A DNA stretch of 38,036 bases. Origin: a virus. Lineage: Duplodnaviria; Caudoviricetes. The translations under genes and the position numbers were made by a program. The notes under the pieces are model-generated. The model worked only from the letters and a program-made list of their open reading frames with translations, had not been told where the DNA came from and searched no databases. The stretch's first letter is position 1; the number at the start of each line of letters is the position of its first letter. Positions 16,412-26,438 of this stretch are shown piece by piece. The DNA lies in IMG/VR virus record IMGVR_UViG_3300048562_000085, positions 1 through 38,036 of that record; one strand, given 5' to 3'.

Positions 16412-18888
16412 AACGTCTCACCCTACCGCTCACCCTCGTCATCTGCCTAATCGCCTCGCAGTGCTATGCCGCTGCTCGCACCCTCGTAGGCACCGGCGTA
16501 CTCGCTGGATCAACTGCCGCCAATTGGAACGGCGGCGGGGCGATTGCGGATGGTGATTCGATCACGATTGCCGGCGACCAGATTCTCAAGTGGGACGTCG
16601 ACACTTCCTCATGGACAACCGGCATTGCTGGAATCACGCTCTCGGGCACCTCCGGCCATCCGTGTGCGTTGGTGTTGGGCTCGTCGGCGTTCTCGGGGCG
16701 TCTGCCCATCAAGGCCGCGTGCAACATCGCCGGGACCACGAACGCGGATTACAACTGGCTCGTGGCGAATGATGAAGGTTTCGCGGGAGGACTGTACTAC
16801 AATCAGGTTCAGGTGACGGGTACGTTGTCGCCGGATGCGACGGGGGTGTATACATGTAAGGGGCTTGGAGCACCGGCTGGAGTGTACTTAGGAATCTCGC
16901 CATATTATCAGCGAGGCAGTGATAACTATTTTTTGTGGCGATCCTCAAACAATCAGTGGTATCTGAGTACTCTTCTGGGCAGCGGGACGCCTAATCGTTG
17001 GAACAACAGCACCGGGAATGTTACTGGTATTTACGATCCGTACGGCACTGCCACCGGCACGACTACCGTCGCCAACGTCACCGCTTCGGGCCTGATCCAA
17101 ACCACGCAATTGCGTGCGGCCAACAGCGGCGTGATCGAGTTCCTCGGCACCAACGCGGGCAAGATCACCGGCCAATACCTGAGGTTCGATCTCAGACGCA
17201 AGAAACCCACCCGCGACTACGTCCGAGTCTACGGCACGCTTCTGACGCCCTGGACCGGCTCGGCATCGGCGGACACGCTCACCAAGACTTCGCACGGAAT
17301 CGCCAACGATACGCCGTTCTGTTGCCGTTCGGTCGGCGGGACTTTGCCCGCTCCGCTTCAAGAAGACCGGATGTATTACGCTCGGAACGTCGGCACGAAC
17401 ACGCTGCAAGCGGCCTACACGTCGGGCGGCGCGGCAATCGACCTGACCACGGATGGGACGGGGACGATCCAGATTTGGACAGGGCATAGCAACACCAGCA
17501 CCGATACCGTTAATGTGCTGGATGATGTGACGAGCGACATCTGGGCGACCTCGGACAACGCCGTGTTGGTTGATGCGGGGCCTGCTGCCTACGATCAGCA
17601 GCGTGTCACGCTCTCTGCAATCGCGGCCGGAACGATGCAACTGTCGGCCAACGTGGCTGCTGGCAAATATCCAACGGCGCGACTCTATCGCGTGGAATCA
17701 AACGTCAAGGTGTTGAGCAACGCAAATACAAGCACCGCACCGATAGTCGACCTGTCGAGTGCGACTGCAAGTGGCGATGTCCTGTCCTGTTCGTTGCGAA
17801 ACATCGCTGGAAGCGGAACATCGTTTTACGGGATGGCTGTTGCAAACGGTAGCTCCTACACGCTGGACGGAATCGTTTCAGGTTGCTACTACGTTGCATT
17901 GGGGTCCGTTGGTATTACAAACTCCGGCCTCTGTGTTGGGAACAATCAGGTATTCTCCTCGTGTGAGTCGGGCGTGAACTCTGGAACAGTCGCAGGCTCT
18001 GTTTACGCCTACAACACGGCCAGAAATGGCCGCAACAGCGGTTTCCTGTTTGGCAATACTTACGGTTTTGAAAACTCCATCGGCTGCAACAATTCCGGCA
18101 GCATTTTGGGGTGCCAGTTCGGATTTCACCTGAGCGAGGGCGAGAACTCCGGGGAGATTTCTGCTTGCGTATCGCAGTTTTACGGATCGAGTGTGGTTGC
18201 CAAGCTGGGAACTACGGGAGTCTGCACCTACGGATTCAACGCATCTGGAAAGTGCAGGGGATATGGTATATCGCCGGACTCGCCAACGCAGGTGATTGGT
18301 TATGCCTACCCATACTCTGGTGATGTCATCCTCTACGACGTAGCCGACTCCAACGGCACGCCCCAGCCCGGTTACCTCAAGGCGTGGACACCCGGCGGCA
18401 CAACAGCATCCGTCGCTTACTCTGCTGGAACGCACGGCACGCCGCCAGTCTCACTGGCCATCATCCACGAATCGACTTACGAATCTGCCCTCGCCAACAA
18501 TTTCGTGGAGTGGGAAATCAACGGCAGCAGCGGCTTGGCCATTACGGCAACGCTCTACGTGAAGTCCTCGGCTACGGGCATGACCACGAGGCCGACCATT
18601 GCCATCTGCTCGCCGAGGTATCCCAGGTGGAACGCCTCTGGCATCCTGGCATCGGGCACGGCGGCGGACAACACCGACTGGCAAACTGTCACCGCGAGTT
18701 ACACGCCCACGGCTGACGGGCCTCTGGTAGTGCGAGTGTACGGGTGTAATGCGAGCGGGACTACATACTGGTGGCAGCAGACGCGGGTGAAGGCGTCGGC
18801 GTTCACTGGGGCGATTCCGAAGAACATCCGCAAGGGAATCACGATTGACGATATCACAGGCACGCTGCCGGTAGGAGTGGCACCATGA
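16408..18888 (+). CDS. Large beta-rich adhesin/fibre-like protein with probable beta-helix and C-terminal carbohydrate-binding-like module
   Basis: Signal-peptide-like N-terminus; G/T/S-rich; periodic NSG...GC..G repeats of about 19 aa; C-terminal DWQTVTASYTPTADGPLVVRV jelly-roll-like motif. Confidence 0.65.
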   Translation: MKRLTLPLTLVICLIASQCYAAARTLVGTGVLAGSTAANWNGGGAIADGDSITIAGDQILKWDVDTSSWTTGIAGITLSGTSGHPCALVLGSSAFSGRLPIKAACNIAGTTNADYNWLVANDEGFAGGLYYNQVQVTGTLSPDATGVYTCKGLGAPAGVYLGISPYYQRGSDNYFLWRSSNNQWYLSTLLGSGTPNRWNNSTGNVTGIYDPYGTATGTTTVANVTASGLIQTTQLRAANSGVIEFLGTNAGKITGQYLRFDLRRKKPTRDYVRVYGTLLTPWTGSASADTLTKTSHGIANDTPFCCRSVGGTLPAPLQEDRMYYARNVGTNTLQAAYTSGGAAIDLTTDGTGTIQIWTGHSNTSTDTVNVLDDVTSDIWATSDNAVLVDAGPAAYDQQRVTLSAIAAGTMQLSANVAAGKYPTARLYRVESNVKVLSNANTSTAPIVDLSSATASGDVLSCSLRNIAGSGTSFYGMAVANGSSYTLDGIVSGCYYVALGSVGITNSGLCVGNNQVFSSCESGVNSGTVAGSVYAYNTARNGRNSGFLFGNTYGFENSIGCNNSGSILGCQFGFHLSEGENSGEISACVSQFYGSSVVAKLGTTGVCTYGFNASGKCRGYGISPDSPTQVIGYAYPYSGDVILYDVADSNGTPQPGYLKAWTPGGTTASVAYSAGTHGTPPVSLAIIHESTYESALANNFVEWEINGSSGLAITATLYVKSSATGMTTRPTIAICSPRYPRWNASGILASGTAADNTDWQTVTASYTPTADGPLVVRVYGCNASGTTYWWQQTRVKASAFTGAIPKNIRKGITIDDITGTLPVGVAP

Positions 18889-21395
18889 AGTATCTGAAAC
18901 CGGGCGGTACGTTCCGCTGGGAAATCCCGATCCATCTGCTATCCATGGGCGGTGCCAACGCAGCGGACTCGCTTCCAACAGCAGCGGCGACCCACAATGG
19001 CGTGGCGGATGCGGCTTTCACGTTTACCGTTGCGCCATTAGCCATTGGCCATTACCTAATAACCGGCACGGTCCCACGTACCTACACGGCTGGAGATGAT
19101 GTGGCCGTGACGCTGACTGCGGTAATCGAGGGCGTCACGCGATTGGCCATCAAGGAGTGCGAGGTGGTATTGGGCGACACCTACACCGAAGTGAAATCAG
19201 CCAACAAGCGGGTACGAGCCAACTACTACCCGTTTCAACGCCTGGTCGACGAATGCCAAGGCGCGGGATGGACGCTGGCTAGTGGTAACGGTGCACTGAC
19301 GACGGACCATGATGACCCGTATCAAGGCAGCCAGTCGTTACGTCTGACAACGGGCACCAACGCTACCGCCAGCACATTGGCTTACCAGCCAACTGGTGCG
19401 CGTGTGTTCAATGGCGGATTCGGCCTCACCATGCGCAGCAGCAATCCTGCGTGGTCTAGTTGCGTTGTGAAGCTGTTTCCAACCGCAACAGATGCCACGG
19501 CGTACTACACGATTACGATTAGCGCCGATTTTCCCAAGCTCACAACAGCATGGAGAACATATTGGCACGCTGGAGGCAATGGCATGACGGCTGTTGGTTC
19601 AGTTGCTGCGTGGGGTACCGCAGTCTCCTCCGTGGCCATCGAGAAAATAACCATAGCGTTCACCGCAACTAATGGCCAAGCCATGGACGTGGAGATCGGC
19701 GGACTGTGGACGAATGTGCCAAGCTATCCGATACCGTTCGTGCTCTACTTCGATGACGGCTATTCCTCCGTCTACACGACTGTTTTTCCGGCATTAGAGA
19801 CCGCTGGAATCAAGGCCACGTTTGCGCTCAACTGCTCGAACATCGGTACTGCCGGATACATGACGTGGTCGCAAGTCAACGAGATGGCCGCAGCCGGGCA
19901 CGACATCGTCACACATGGCACACCGACGCACCAATCGGCGTCAAGCGGCACCGCTGCTACGTTGATTGGGCTGATGGAGGCCAACCTGAAGTTGCTACGA
20001 GACAATTGTCCAATCGCCAACCTGCACTACGGTGTCTGGCCTTACAACGCCGGGGATACCACAGATAGCCACTCTGCGATGGAGATTGCTCAGTCTCTCG
20101 GCATCTATGCCATGCGTGGGCTGGCATCACAGGGCGGCAATGCGTCGGCTACATCTTTCCGTGGATTCGTTGGCAGCCTTACCTCTGAAAAACGACAGTG
20201 GTCGGCGGCGTCAAATATCTCTAGCCCTTCTCAGTCTGATTTTACCGGCCTACAGGCCCTGATCGACAAACGCCTTGTCCTCGGAGGAGCGGCAATCTAC
20301 TACGGGCACAAGGTAGTCCCAACCCTGACCGAGCCATCAGACTCGGATGAAGTTACTACGACGCTGTTTTCTGCTCTCGTCGCATACCTCGGGGCAAAGC
20401 AGACAGCGGGACTCATCCAGTGCATGACCGCAAGCCAGTTTGGTCGGCTCGCACTAGCAGATCAGGACGAACAAGCCACGAACGCGGCATCTGCGAGCAT
20501 TGGCGCGGCGACGTTGGCGAGCATGGTGGAGAGCTCGGCCGGCCACGATCGGTTCAAAACTAAGGCGTTGGAACAGTCTTCTGCCGCCGTGGACGCCTCG
20601 ACAACCGCAACGAAGATCACAGCCATCGACACACTGACCAAGGCTGGCGGGGCTGGGGATCTGGCAGACGTGAAACAGAAGGTGGGGACTACGGGAGTGG
20701 TGATAGCCACTGCGGAGAAGGCAAGTATCGTGTCGGGCGTGTGGGCGGCGCTGACGTCCTCGCTCACTACAGTGGGAAGCGTCGGGAAGTGGCTCTACGA
20801 TAACATGCTCAATGCAGCGTCGAGAACTGGATCATTCCCGTCGGCGGCGCTAGTGAATGTGCCGAAGACAGGGTACTCGCTGACAACCGAAGAGAAGGCG
20901 GGCCTAATAGCGTTGATGTGGTCAGCCCTGACAACGACCCTGACGACGTCCGGATCCATTGGAAAGTGGATCGCTGATCGGCTCGCAGGATACTCCACCT
21001 ACACGCTGCCGGCGGCGGCGATCACTCGTGCAAATGGTCGCATCGATCCGACCTACTTGACCGCATACCAGCATTGCAGATTGCGTGCTGCGGTTGCCGT
21101 AGTCGACGCGGACGACGTGCCCATCGATCTTGCGGGCAAGACTCTGTCCCTCGTTGCCTGGCCAGTTGGAGAGCCTGAGACAGCGGGATTCGCTCTGTCA
21201 TCGGAAGGCGACAGTCCTGCCTTGTCGTACTCGGGGGACACCGACAGCACGCTCGTGATCGATGCTGCTGCGTCCACGTTCAATGCGGCGGGGCAGTATG
21301 ACTATCGCATATACGACGCGACGTCGACACAGAACCTCGTTCCATTGGTCAGCGGAGTCATCAAGGTCGAGGCAGGGAGGGCACCCAGTGCATAG
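18885..21395 (+). CDS. Multidomain protein with polysaccharide deacetylase (CE4/NodB-like) domain
   Basis: LYFDDGY, GIKATF, YMTWSQVNEM...GHDIVTHG..H and WPY motifs; ATGA overlap with the previous gene. Confidence 0.8.
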   Translation: MKYLKPGGTFRWEIPIHLLSMGGANAADSLPTAAATHNGVADAAFTFTVAPLAIGHYLITGTVPRTYTAGDDVAVTLTAVIEGVTRLAIKECEVVLGDTYTEVKSANKRVRANYYPFQRLVDECQGAGWTLASGNGALTTDHDDPYQGSQSLRLTTGTNATASTLAYQPTGARVFNGGFGLTMRSSNPAWSSCVVKLFPTATDATAYYTITISADFPKLTTAWRTYWHAGGNGMTAVGSVAAWGTAVSSVAIEKITIAFTATNGQAMDVEIGGLWTNVPSYPIPFVLYFDDGYSSVYTTVFPALETAGIKATFALNCSNIGTAGYMTWSQVNEMAAAGHDIVTHGTPTHQSASSGTAATLIGLMEANLKLLRDNCPIANLHYGVWPYNAGDTTDSHSAMEIAQSLGIYAMRGLASQGGNASATSFRGFVGSLTSEKRQWSAASNISSPSQSDFTGLQALIDKRLVLGGAAIYYGHKVVPTLTEPSDSDEVTTTLFSALVAYLGAKQTAGLIQCMTASQFGRLALADQDEQATNAASASIGAATLASMVESSAGHDRFKTKALEQSSAAVDASTTATKITAIDTLTKAGGAGDLADVKQKVGTTGVVIATAEKASIVSGVWAALTSSLTTVGSVGKWLYDNMLNAASRTGSFPSAALVNVPKTGYSLTTEEKAGLIALMWSALTTTLTTSGSIGKWIADRLAGYSTYTLPAAAITRANGRIDPTYLTAYQHCRLRAAVAVVDADDVPIDLAGKTLSLVAWPVGEPETAGFALSSEGDSPALSYSGDTDSTLVIDAAASTFNAAGQYDYRIYDATSTQNLVPLVSGVIKVEAGRAPSA

Positions 21396-21506
21396 GACAC
21401 CCGATAGAGTTAGCTGCCACCACATAGAGGGGCACCCAAGCAGGTGGACCCCAGACCAGGGGGGCACCAACATAGGGGGAGACACCCGTCAGGGTGGCAC
21501 GTTCAC

Positions 21507-21546
21507 GGGTCCTTCCGGGCGGGGTGGGGCGCAGGTTTCCCACCCT
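21507..21546 (+). other. Putative cos site (cosQ-like GGGTCCT plus dyad)
   Basis: GGGTCCTTCC matches lambda cosQ, followed by GGGTGGG...CCCACCC dyad, about 60-100 bp before the small terminase gene. Confidence 0.65.
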
Positions 21547-21606
21547 GTGTTTCGCGCTTTTTGCGCACAGAAGCGTTGAAATCCAAGAACGGAGTAATGG
21601 ACGCGT

Positions 21607-22149
21607 GTGGCTGATGTATGGCTCTCAAAACAGGACGCCGCGGACCTGCTCGGGAAGCAGCACGAGTTCATCCGTTCGCAGATCATTCCGAGGATGCCGG
21701 ACAGCGGAAAGCGGCGGAGCCGAGGGCGAGGTGCTCCGTGGGAGTTGCTCGGGTCTGCGTTGGTGGCGGCGTTCGTTGAGTACGTCGCGGAGTCGGCGAC
21801 GGGCGACCCTGAATGCTATTCGTCTACCAGTTCGCCGGCGATGGAGCGGCAGCGACTCGCCCGCGCTCGAATGCTCGAATGGGAGCTGGCCGAACGACAG
21901 AAGCAATTGATTTCTGTTGAGCTTTTCCAGCAGGTGACTGAGGTGGCATTTTTGCCGTTGCGACGGTTTGCCGAGCAGCAAATCAAAGAACACGGGAATG
22001 GGACGGCCGACGCGTGGAGGGAAGCCGTTGAAGAGTTTGCGAGGAAGATAGAAAGTGTTATTGGGAAACCCGGCGACAACGACGGAGAGAGAAACGCTGA
22101 GACGGCTGCCGAGCCTTCTGGCGCCGCAGCTACCAACTCCGATCGTTGA
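21607..22149 (+). CDS. Terminase small subunit (Nu1-like)
   Basis: N-terminal HTH-like SKQDAADLLG; R.RLARARMLEWELAERQKQLISVE coiled coil; position before the large subunit. Confidence 0.78.
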   Translation: MADVWLSKQDAADLLGKQHEFIRSQIIPRMPDSGKRRSRGRGAPWELLGSALVAAFVEYVAESATGDPECYSSTSSPAMERQRLARARMLEWELAERQKQLISVELFQQVTEVAFLPLRRFAEQQIKEHGNGTADAWREAVEEFARKIESVIGKPGDNDGERNAETAAEPSGAAATNSDR

Positions 22150-24052
22150 CTGGGTGGAAAAATACATTCGACTTCCGTCGGGTCCATACCAAGGCCGGCC
22201 GTATCGCCACTCTCGGCACCCAGTTAGTCGGGTATGGTTTGAGGCCCTGCAGTCCGGAAAGTGGGATCGCCACGCTGTGACTGGACCTGGCCAGAACGGA
22301 AAAAGTCTCCTCGGCTTTGTTATCCCCGTCTGCCATCTTCTGTTTGAACTCGGAGAAACCGTGTTTGTCGGCATTCCCGACATGCGACTTGCCGACGAAA
22401 AGTGGCGGGTAGATTTTCTGCCGACGATCGAGGCGAGCTTCCCGGACATGCTACCAACGAAGGGTCCCGGATCAAAGGGCGGAACAATCAAGGATAGCGT
22501 CACGTTTACCAACGGCGCCCGCTTGAAGTTCATGTCGGCCGGCCAGGGGGACGCGGGGCTCGCCGGGCCGACTACGCGAAACCTCGTGATGACCGAGGTT
22601 GACAAGTACGACACGGCGGGCGAAACATCGCGCGAAGCCGACCCAATCCGACAAATGGAGGCGCGTACAAACGCCTTCCGCGATTTCGGGCGGCGAATCC
22701 TGATGGAATGCACGGTATCAATTCCCGATGGACGGATCTGGCAGGAGATCAAGGGCGGGACCGACAGCCGGCTATATCATCCATGCCCGCACTGCGGCCA
22801 GTGGACGTCGTGGGAGCGTGAGCACCTGGTGGGCTGGCAAGATGCCCCAGACGTCCATGCGGCGGGCGATGCTGCAGCTTGGAAGTGTCCGGCGTGCGAG
22901 CAGATTTTCCGCGAAGATGAACGCAGAAAGATGCATGAGAAGACGCTTCTTGTCCACCGAGGGCAAGAGGTGACGGCTGATGGTGAGATTGTCGGCGCCG
23001 AACCCCGAACGGAAACATTTGGCCTACGATGGTCGGCATTCGACAACCCGTTTGTCGGCACTGCACGGCTAGGCAAGGACGAGTGGTTGACGAAAAGGGC
23101 CTCCAACAAGGAGTCGGCGGAGAAGGCGGCGAGGCAGTTCATATGGACAATCCCCTACGAATCCGCTGACATCGAACTAACTCCGGTTAACCCCGAAGAG
23201 ATCCGCGAGCGGATGTCCGAGTCGAAGCAGGGCATTGTCCCTGACAACGCCATCGCGGTTACCGTCGGCATCGATACGGGCAAGTACCGGCTTCACTGGG
23301 TGGCCGCTGCCATCTTGCCTGACAATCGTGGGGCCGTGATCGACTATGGCGAACAAAAAACCGATTCCAAGACGGTCGGAACCATCAAGGGAATACAGGA
23401 CGCGCTCGCCTTGTTGCGGTCGCATTTCGACAGCGGTTGGCAATCTAGCGACGGAAGGCTTCACGTTCCACAGCAGGTCTGGATCGATAGCGGATATCAC
23501 GAGCACAAGCAGTCTGTTTATAACTCCTGCAAGGCGACGAACACTGAACTTGGTCGGGAGTTCGGCGACGAGATTTATCGGCCGACGAAGGGCTTCGCCG
23601 AGGGCCACAAGCAGATGACGCGGTACTACCAGCCGCGCGAGTTGACGACCTCGGTGCAGTACATCGGCACAGAGTTCGACATGCGGTTACAGCTCGACGA
23701 TCAAGTCTACTTGGTCCACGTGAATGCGGATTTTTGGAAAGCCCGGGTCCAGGAAGGCTTGTCGATGGATCCGCAATCGGACGGAGCAATTTCGCTTTAT
23801 CTGACGCCAGACCAATATCACCACCAGGACTATGCCCAACAGATCGCCGCGGAAAAGCAGGTCGAAGAGTGGCACCAGGACCGAGGTTTCCTGAAGGTGT
23901 TCAAGGTGGTGAGCAGAGAAAACCATTTTTTGGATGCAACGTATTTGGCCCTCGCCGCAGGACAGTTCGTGCGGGAAATGAACGCGAGCGACGAGTACGA
24001 AGACGAGGATGACACGGACCCACTGGTAAGCTTAGGGAGTAAGTACGAATGA
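22055..24052 (+). CDS. Terminase large subunit, lambda GpA family
   Basis: Walker A GPGQNGKS, Walker B LVMTEVDKY, Zn ribbon CPHC/CPAC, nuclease VGIDT...IDSG...NHFLDA. Confidence 0.93.
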   Translation: MLLGNPATTTERETLRRLPSLLAPQLPTPIVDWVEKYIRLPSGPYQGRPYRHSRHPVSRVWFEALQSGKWDRHAVTGPGQNGKSLLGFVIPVCHLLFELGETVFVGIPDMRLADEKWRVDFLPTIEASFPDMLPTKGPGSKGGTIKDSVTFTNGARLKFMSAGQGDAGLAGPTTRNLVMTEVDKYDTAGETSREADPIRQMEARTNAFRDFGRRILMECTVSIPDGRIWQEIKGGTDSRLYHPCPHCGQWTSWEREHLVGWQDAPDVHAAGDAAAWKCPACEQIFREDERRKMHEKTLLVHRGQEVTADGEIVGAEPRTETFGLRWSAFDNPFVGTARLGKDEWLTKRASNKESAEKAARQFIWTIPYESADIELTPVNPEEIRERMSESKQGIVPDNAIAVTVGIDTGKYRLHWVAAAILPDNRGAVIDYGEQKTDSKTVGTIKGIQDALALLRSHFDSGWQSSDGRLHVPQQVWIDSGYHEHKQSVYNSCKATNTELGREFGDEIYRPTKGFAEGHKQMTRYYQPRELTTSVQYIGTEFDMRLQLDDQVYLVHVNADFWKARVQEGLSMDPQSDGAISLYLTPDQYHHQDYAQQIAAEKQVEEWHQDRGFLKVFKVVSRENHFLDATYLALAAGQFVREMNASDEYEDEDDTDPLVSLGSKYE

Positions 24053-24405
24053 AAAGCAACGGAATCAAATCGACGCCAACGCAATGCAAACCGGAGACGA
24101 CTGCCGTCGAGGCTACGCCTTCGCCGTCGGGAGTTGCCGAAGAACTCGAAAGCAAACCGCAACGAGAATTGTCCACGGCAACGGCAATCATCGAAATCCC
24201 TCTGGGCGAGGTTGCCGACCAGGAGTATTTGTCGCGGCACGTGGAGAGCCGTCTCAAAACACGAGAGCAACAATTGGCGATGAAACGGTTGCTCCGCGGA
24301 CTGCAGGCGTCCGGCGCCACGACGCAGGATGGCCGACCAGTGCAGCGCACGGGCGACGTGATCCGCTGGATGATGGAGCAGGTCACCACGGGAGCAGTCG
24401 GGTAG
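24049..24405 (+). CDS. Hypothetical protein, possible DNA-binding (ribbon-helix-helix-like C-terminus)
   Basis: ATGA overlap; RHVESRL-helix-...GDVIRWMMEQV pattern. Confidence 0.65.
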   Translation: MKSNGIKSTPTQCKPETTAVEATPSPSGVAEELESKPQRELSTATAIIEIPLGEVADQEYLSRHVESRLKTREQQLAMKRLLRGLQASGATTQDGRPVQRTGDVIRWMMEQVTTGAVG

Positions 24406-24410
24406 TGTCG

Positions 24411-24433
24411 CAAGAATCCGATTCGGATTCTTG
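24411..24433. promoter_or_regulatory. Perfect 23-bp palindrome, candidate operator
   Basis: CAAGAATCCGA-T-TCGGATTCTTG, upstream of TGCTATTCT (extended -10-like, 24463-24471). Confidence 0.6.
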
Positions 24434-24477
24434 AGTTTAGGTATTCAGAATTGACAGCCGTTTGCTATTCTAAACGC

Positions 24478-24771
24478 ATGGCAGCCGAGTCATTATCAGC
24501 GACACTCGCGGCGTTCGACGCAAACGCCGACTACGACGCCGACGAATCGGTCGGGAAGGCTAAACTCTTCCGCACCGCTTGCCGGCGTTTAGTCGCAAAG
24601 CTTCCTGCGCAGGCCAGCCGCGGCGGAAGTGGAGGCAACCAAAGCTTTGGCTACCGGATCGACGAGATCCGGGCGTCCCTCCAGGAAGTCGAAGCGTGGC
24701 TTGCCATGAACGACACGGATTGCGGCGCTGTGACACACCCCGATTTCTCCAACTCGCGGGGTGACCTATGA
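24478..24771 (+). CDS. Putative head completion protein (gpW-like position)
   Basis: Small gene between terminase and portal; ATGA overlap with portal. Confidence 0.6.
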   Translation: MAAESLSATLAAFDANADYDADESVGKAKLFRTACRRLVAKLPAQASRGGSGGNQSFGYRIDEIRASLQEVEAWLAMNDTDCGAVTHPDFSNSRGDL

Positions 24772-26438
24772 CGAGGCGGATTGATATCGGCAGCCCATCA
24801 CTGAATGACGCCTTCGAAGAGTTGCGGGCCGACTACGACATCGCAAAGCAGACCCGCTTTCGCCGTTCTCGGGCCGGGGTTTCGTCGGTAGGTAAGCACG
24901 CCGACTACCATTTCCGCACGGAATCACAGTTCTACCGCGCTATGGAGCTCTCCCGAGACATCGACCGGAACGACATCGTGGTCGGCCAGGCGGTCGATCG
25001 CCTCGTTGATAACGTGATCCAAGACGGGTTCACGCTGGACACGCAGGTTGAGCCGCTGACCGAAGACGAACAGCAGGAAGGGAAGCGGCGACGGTCCTCC
25101 CTCGATGACGACCTGATGGCACGATGGAAGGCGTGGGCAGAAAACGAAGACGCCTGCGACTTGGCCGGCGAGGCCGATTTCCACGCCATGGAGAGGTTCA
25201 CGCTGAGGCAGACCATTGTCGACGGCGACATTATGCACCTTCCCATTGCTGACACCGGTTCGCTGGAGACGTGCGAGGCCCATCGGTGCAAGACTCCGAG
25301 CGGAACAAGCCGCAACGTCGTTTTGGGCGTCTTACTCGACGAGGCGACCAGAAAACGGATGGAATACTGGCTGACCCGCGAGGACGTCGGCATCACGACG
25401 AGCGTCTCGAGGGTCTCCGACGTTCGCAGGTATCCCGCCCGGCAGCGAGACGGAATTACCGGCCGAGACGAGCGGGCGGTCATCCACTGCTATCATCCGC
25501 GGCGAAAGAGCCAAACACGCGGTTTTACGGCGTTCGCGCCGATCGGGATGGCGACCGAGCACCACGACGACCTCCAGTTTGCCATGCTCATCAAGGCCCG
25601 AGTCGCAGCGTCCTACGCCATCCTGGAAGATATGCCGCTCGGGGCGCCGGGCGGCGGAAAGTCCCGAAACAACGCCACTGGGTCGAGATCGACGGAGACT
25701 CTTGCGGATGGAACGGAGCGCGACCTCGAAGGGCTCGGCCCTGGGATGCGATACAAGAGCCGTCCGGGGGGGAGACTGACGGGATTCTCGCCCAGCATTC
25801 CGAATCCGGAGTTCTTTGAGCACTCGATGCTGATCCTCACGTTTATCTCGATCAATCTCGGGTTGCCCGTTCAGCTCCTGATGCTCGACCCGAAGCAGAC
25901 GAATTTCTCCGGGTGGCGCGGGGCGATGGACCAAGCACGCCTCGGGTTTCGCAAGTTCCAACGATGGCTTGCGAAGTCGTTCCACTCTCGCGTATACCGA
26001 TGGAAGGTCCGGCAGTGGATGGCCGAAGATCGGATTCTGCAGGCGGAATATGAGCGAATCGGGGAGCAGTTGTTTGCCCACCGGTGGAACCCACCGCGGT
26101 GGCCGTACATCGAGCCGATGACCGACGCCTCGGCCGGAATCCTTCGTGTGCGTAATCTCCAGACGAGCCCAAGACGGCTTTCTGCCGAAAACGGGTTCGA
26201 TTGGTGGGAGATCAGTGAGGAGGTCATCCAGGACAACGGCGAGGTGATTCGGAAGGCCAAGCGAAAGGCCAAGGCAATCAACGACGATTTCAAGGACGAC
26301 CCGGACCGAGTTTCATGGCGTGAAGTGCTCTGTTTGCCGACGCCGGACCGAGTTGGTGCACAAGTGATACCGCCCCAGTCGTCGCAGCCGAAACCGGACC
26401 AGTCACAACCGGCGAATCAGGGAGCAGCAGATGAATAA
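24768..26438 (+). CDS. Portal protein, lambda family
   Basis: SRDIDRND, IVDGD, QTRG...FAP, NFSGWRG and YIEP motifs; size and position. Confidence 0.92.
   Translation: MTRRIDIGSPSLNDAFEELRADYDIAKQTRFRRSRAGVSSVGKHADYHFRTESQFYRAMELSRDIDRNDIVVGQAVDRLVDNVIQDGFTLDTQVEPLTEDEQQEGKRRRSSLDDDLMARWKAWAENEDACDLAGEADFHAMERFTLRQTIVDGDIMHLPIADTGSLETCEAHRCKTPSGTSRNVVLGVLLDEATRKRMEYWLTREDVGITTSVSRVSDVRRYPARQRDGITGRDERAVIHCYHPRRKSQTRGFTAFAPIGMATEHHDDLQFAMLIKARVAASYAILEDMPLGAPGGGKSRNNATGSRSTETLADGTERDLEGLGPGMRYKSRPGGRLTGFSPSIPNPEFFEHSMLILTFISINLGLPVQLLMLDPKQTNFSGWRGAMDQARLGFRKFQRWLAKSFHSRVYRWKVRQWMAEDRILQAEYERIGEQLFAHRWNPPRWPYIEPMTDASAGILRVRNLQTSPRRLSAENGFDWWEISEEVIQDNGEVIRKAKRKAKAINDDFKDDPDRVSWREVLCLPTPDRVGAQVIPPQSSQPKPDQSQPANQGAADE

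Noticed and set aside
16408-21395. Diversity-generating retroelement targeting the adhesin-like genes
   Set aside because: I see no reverse transcriptase and no template/variable repeat pair.
24451-24471. TTGACA plus TATTCT as a canonical -35/-10 pair, and the TTG at 24451 as start codon
   Set aside because: The spacer is only 9 nt; an extended -10 with ATG at 24478 is more plausible.
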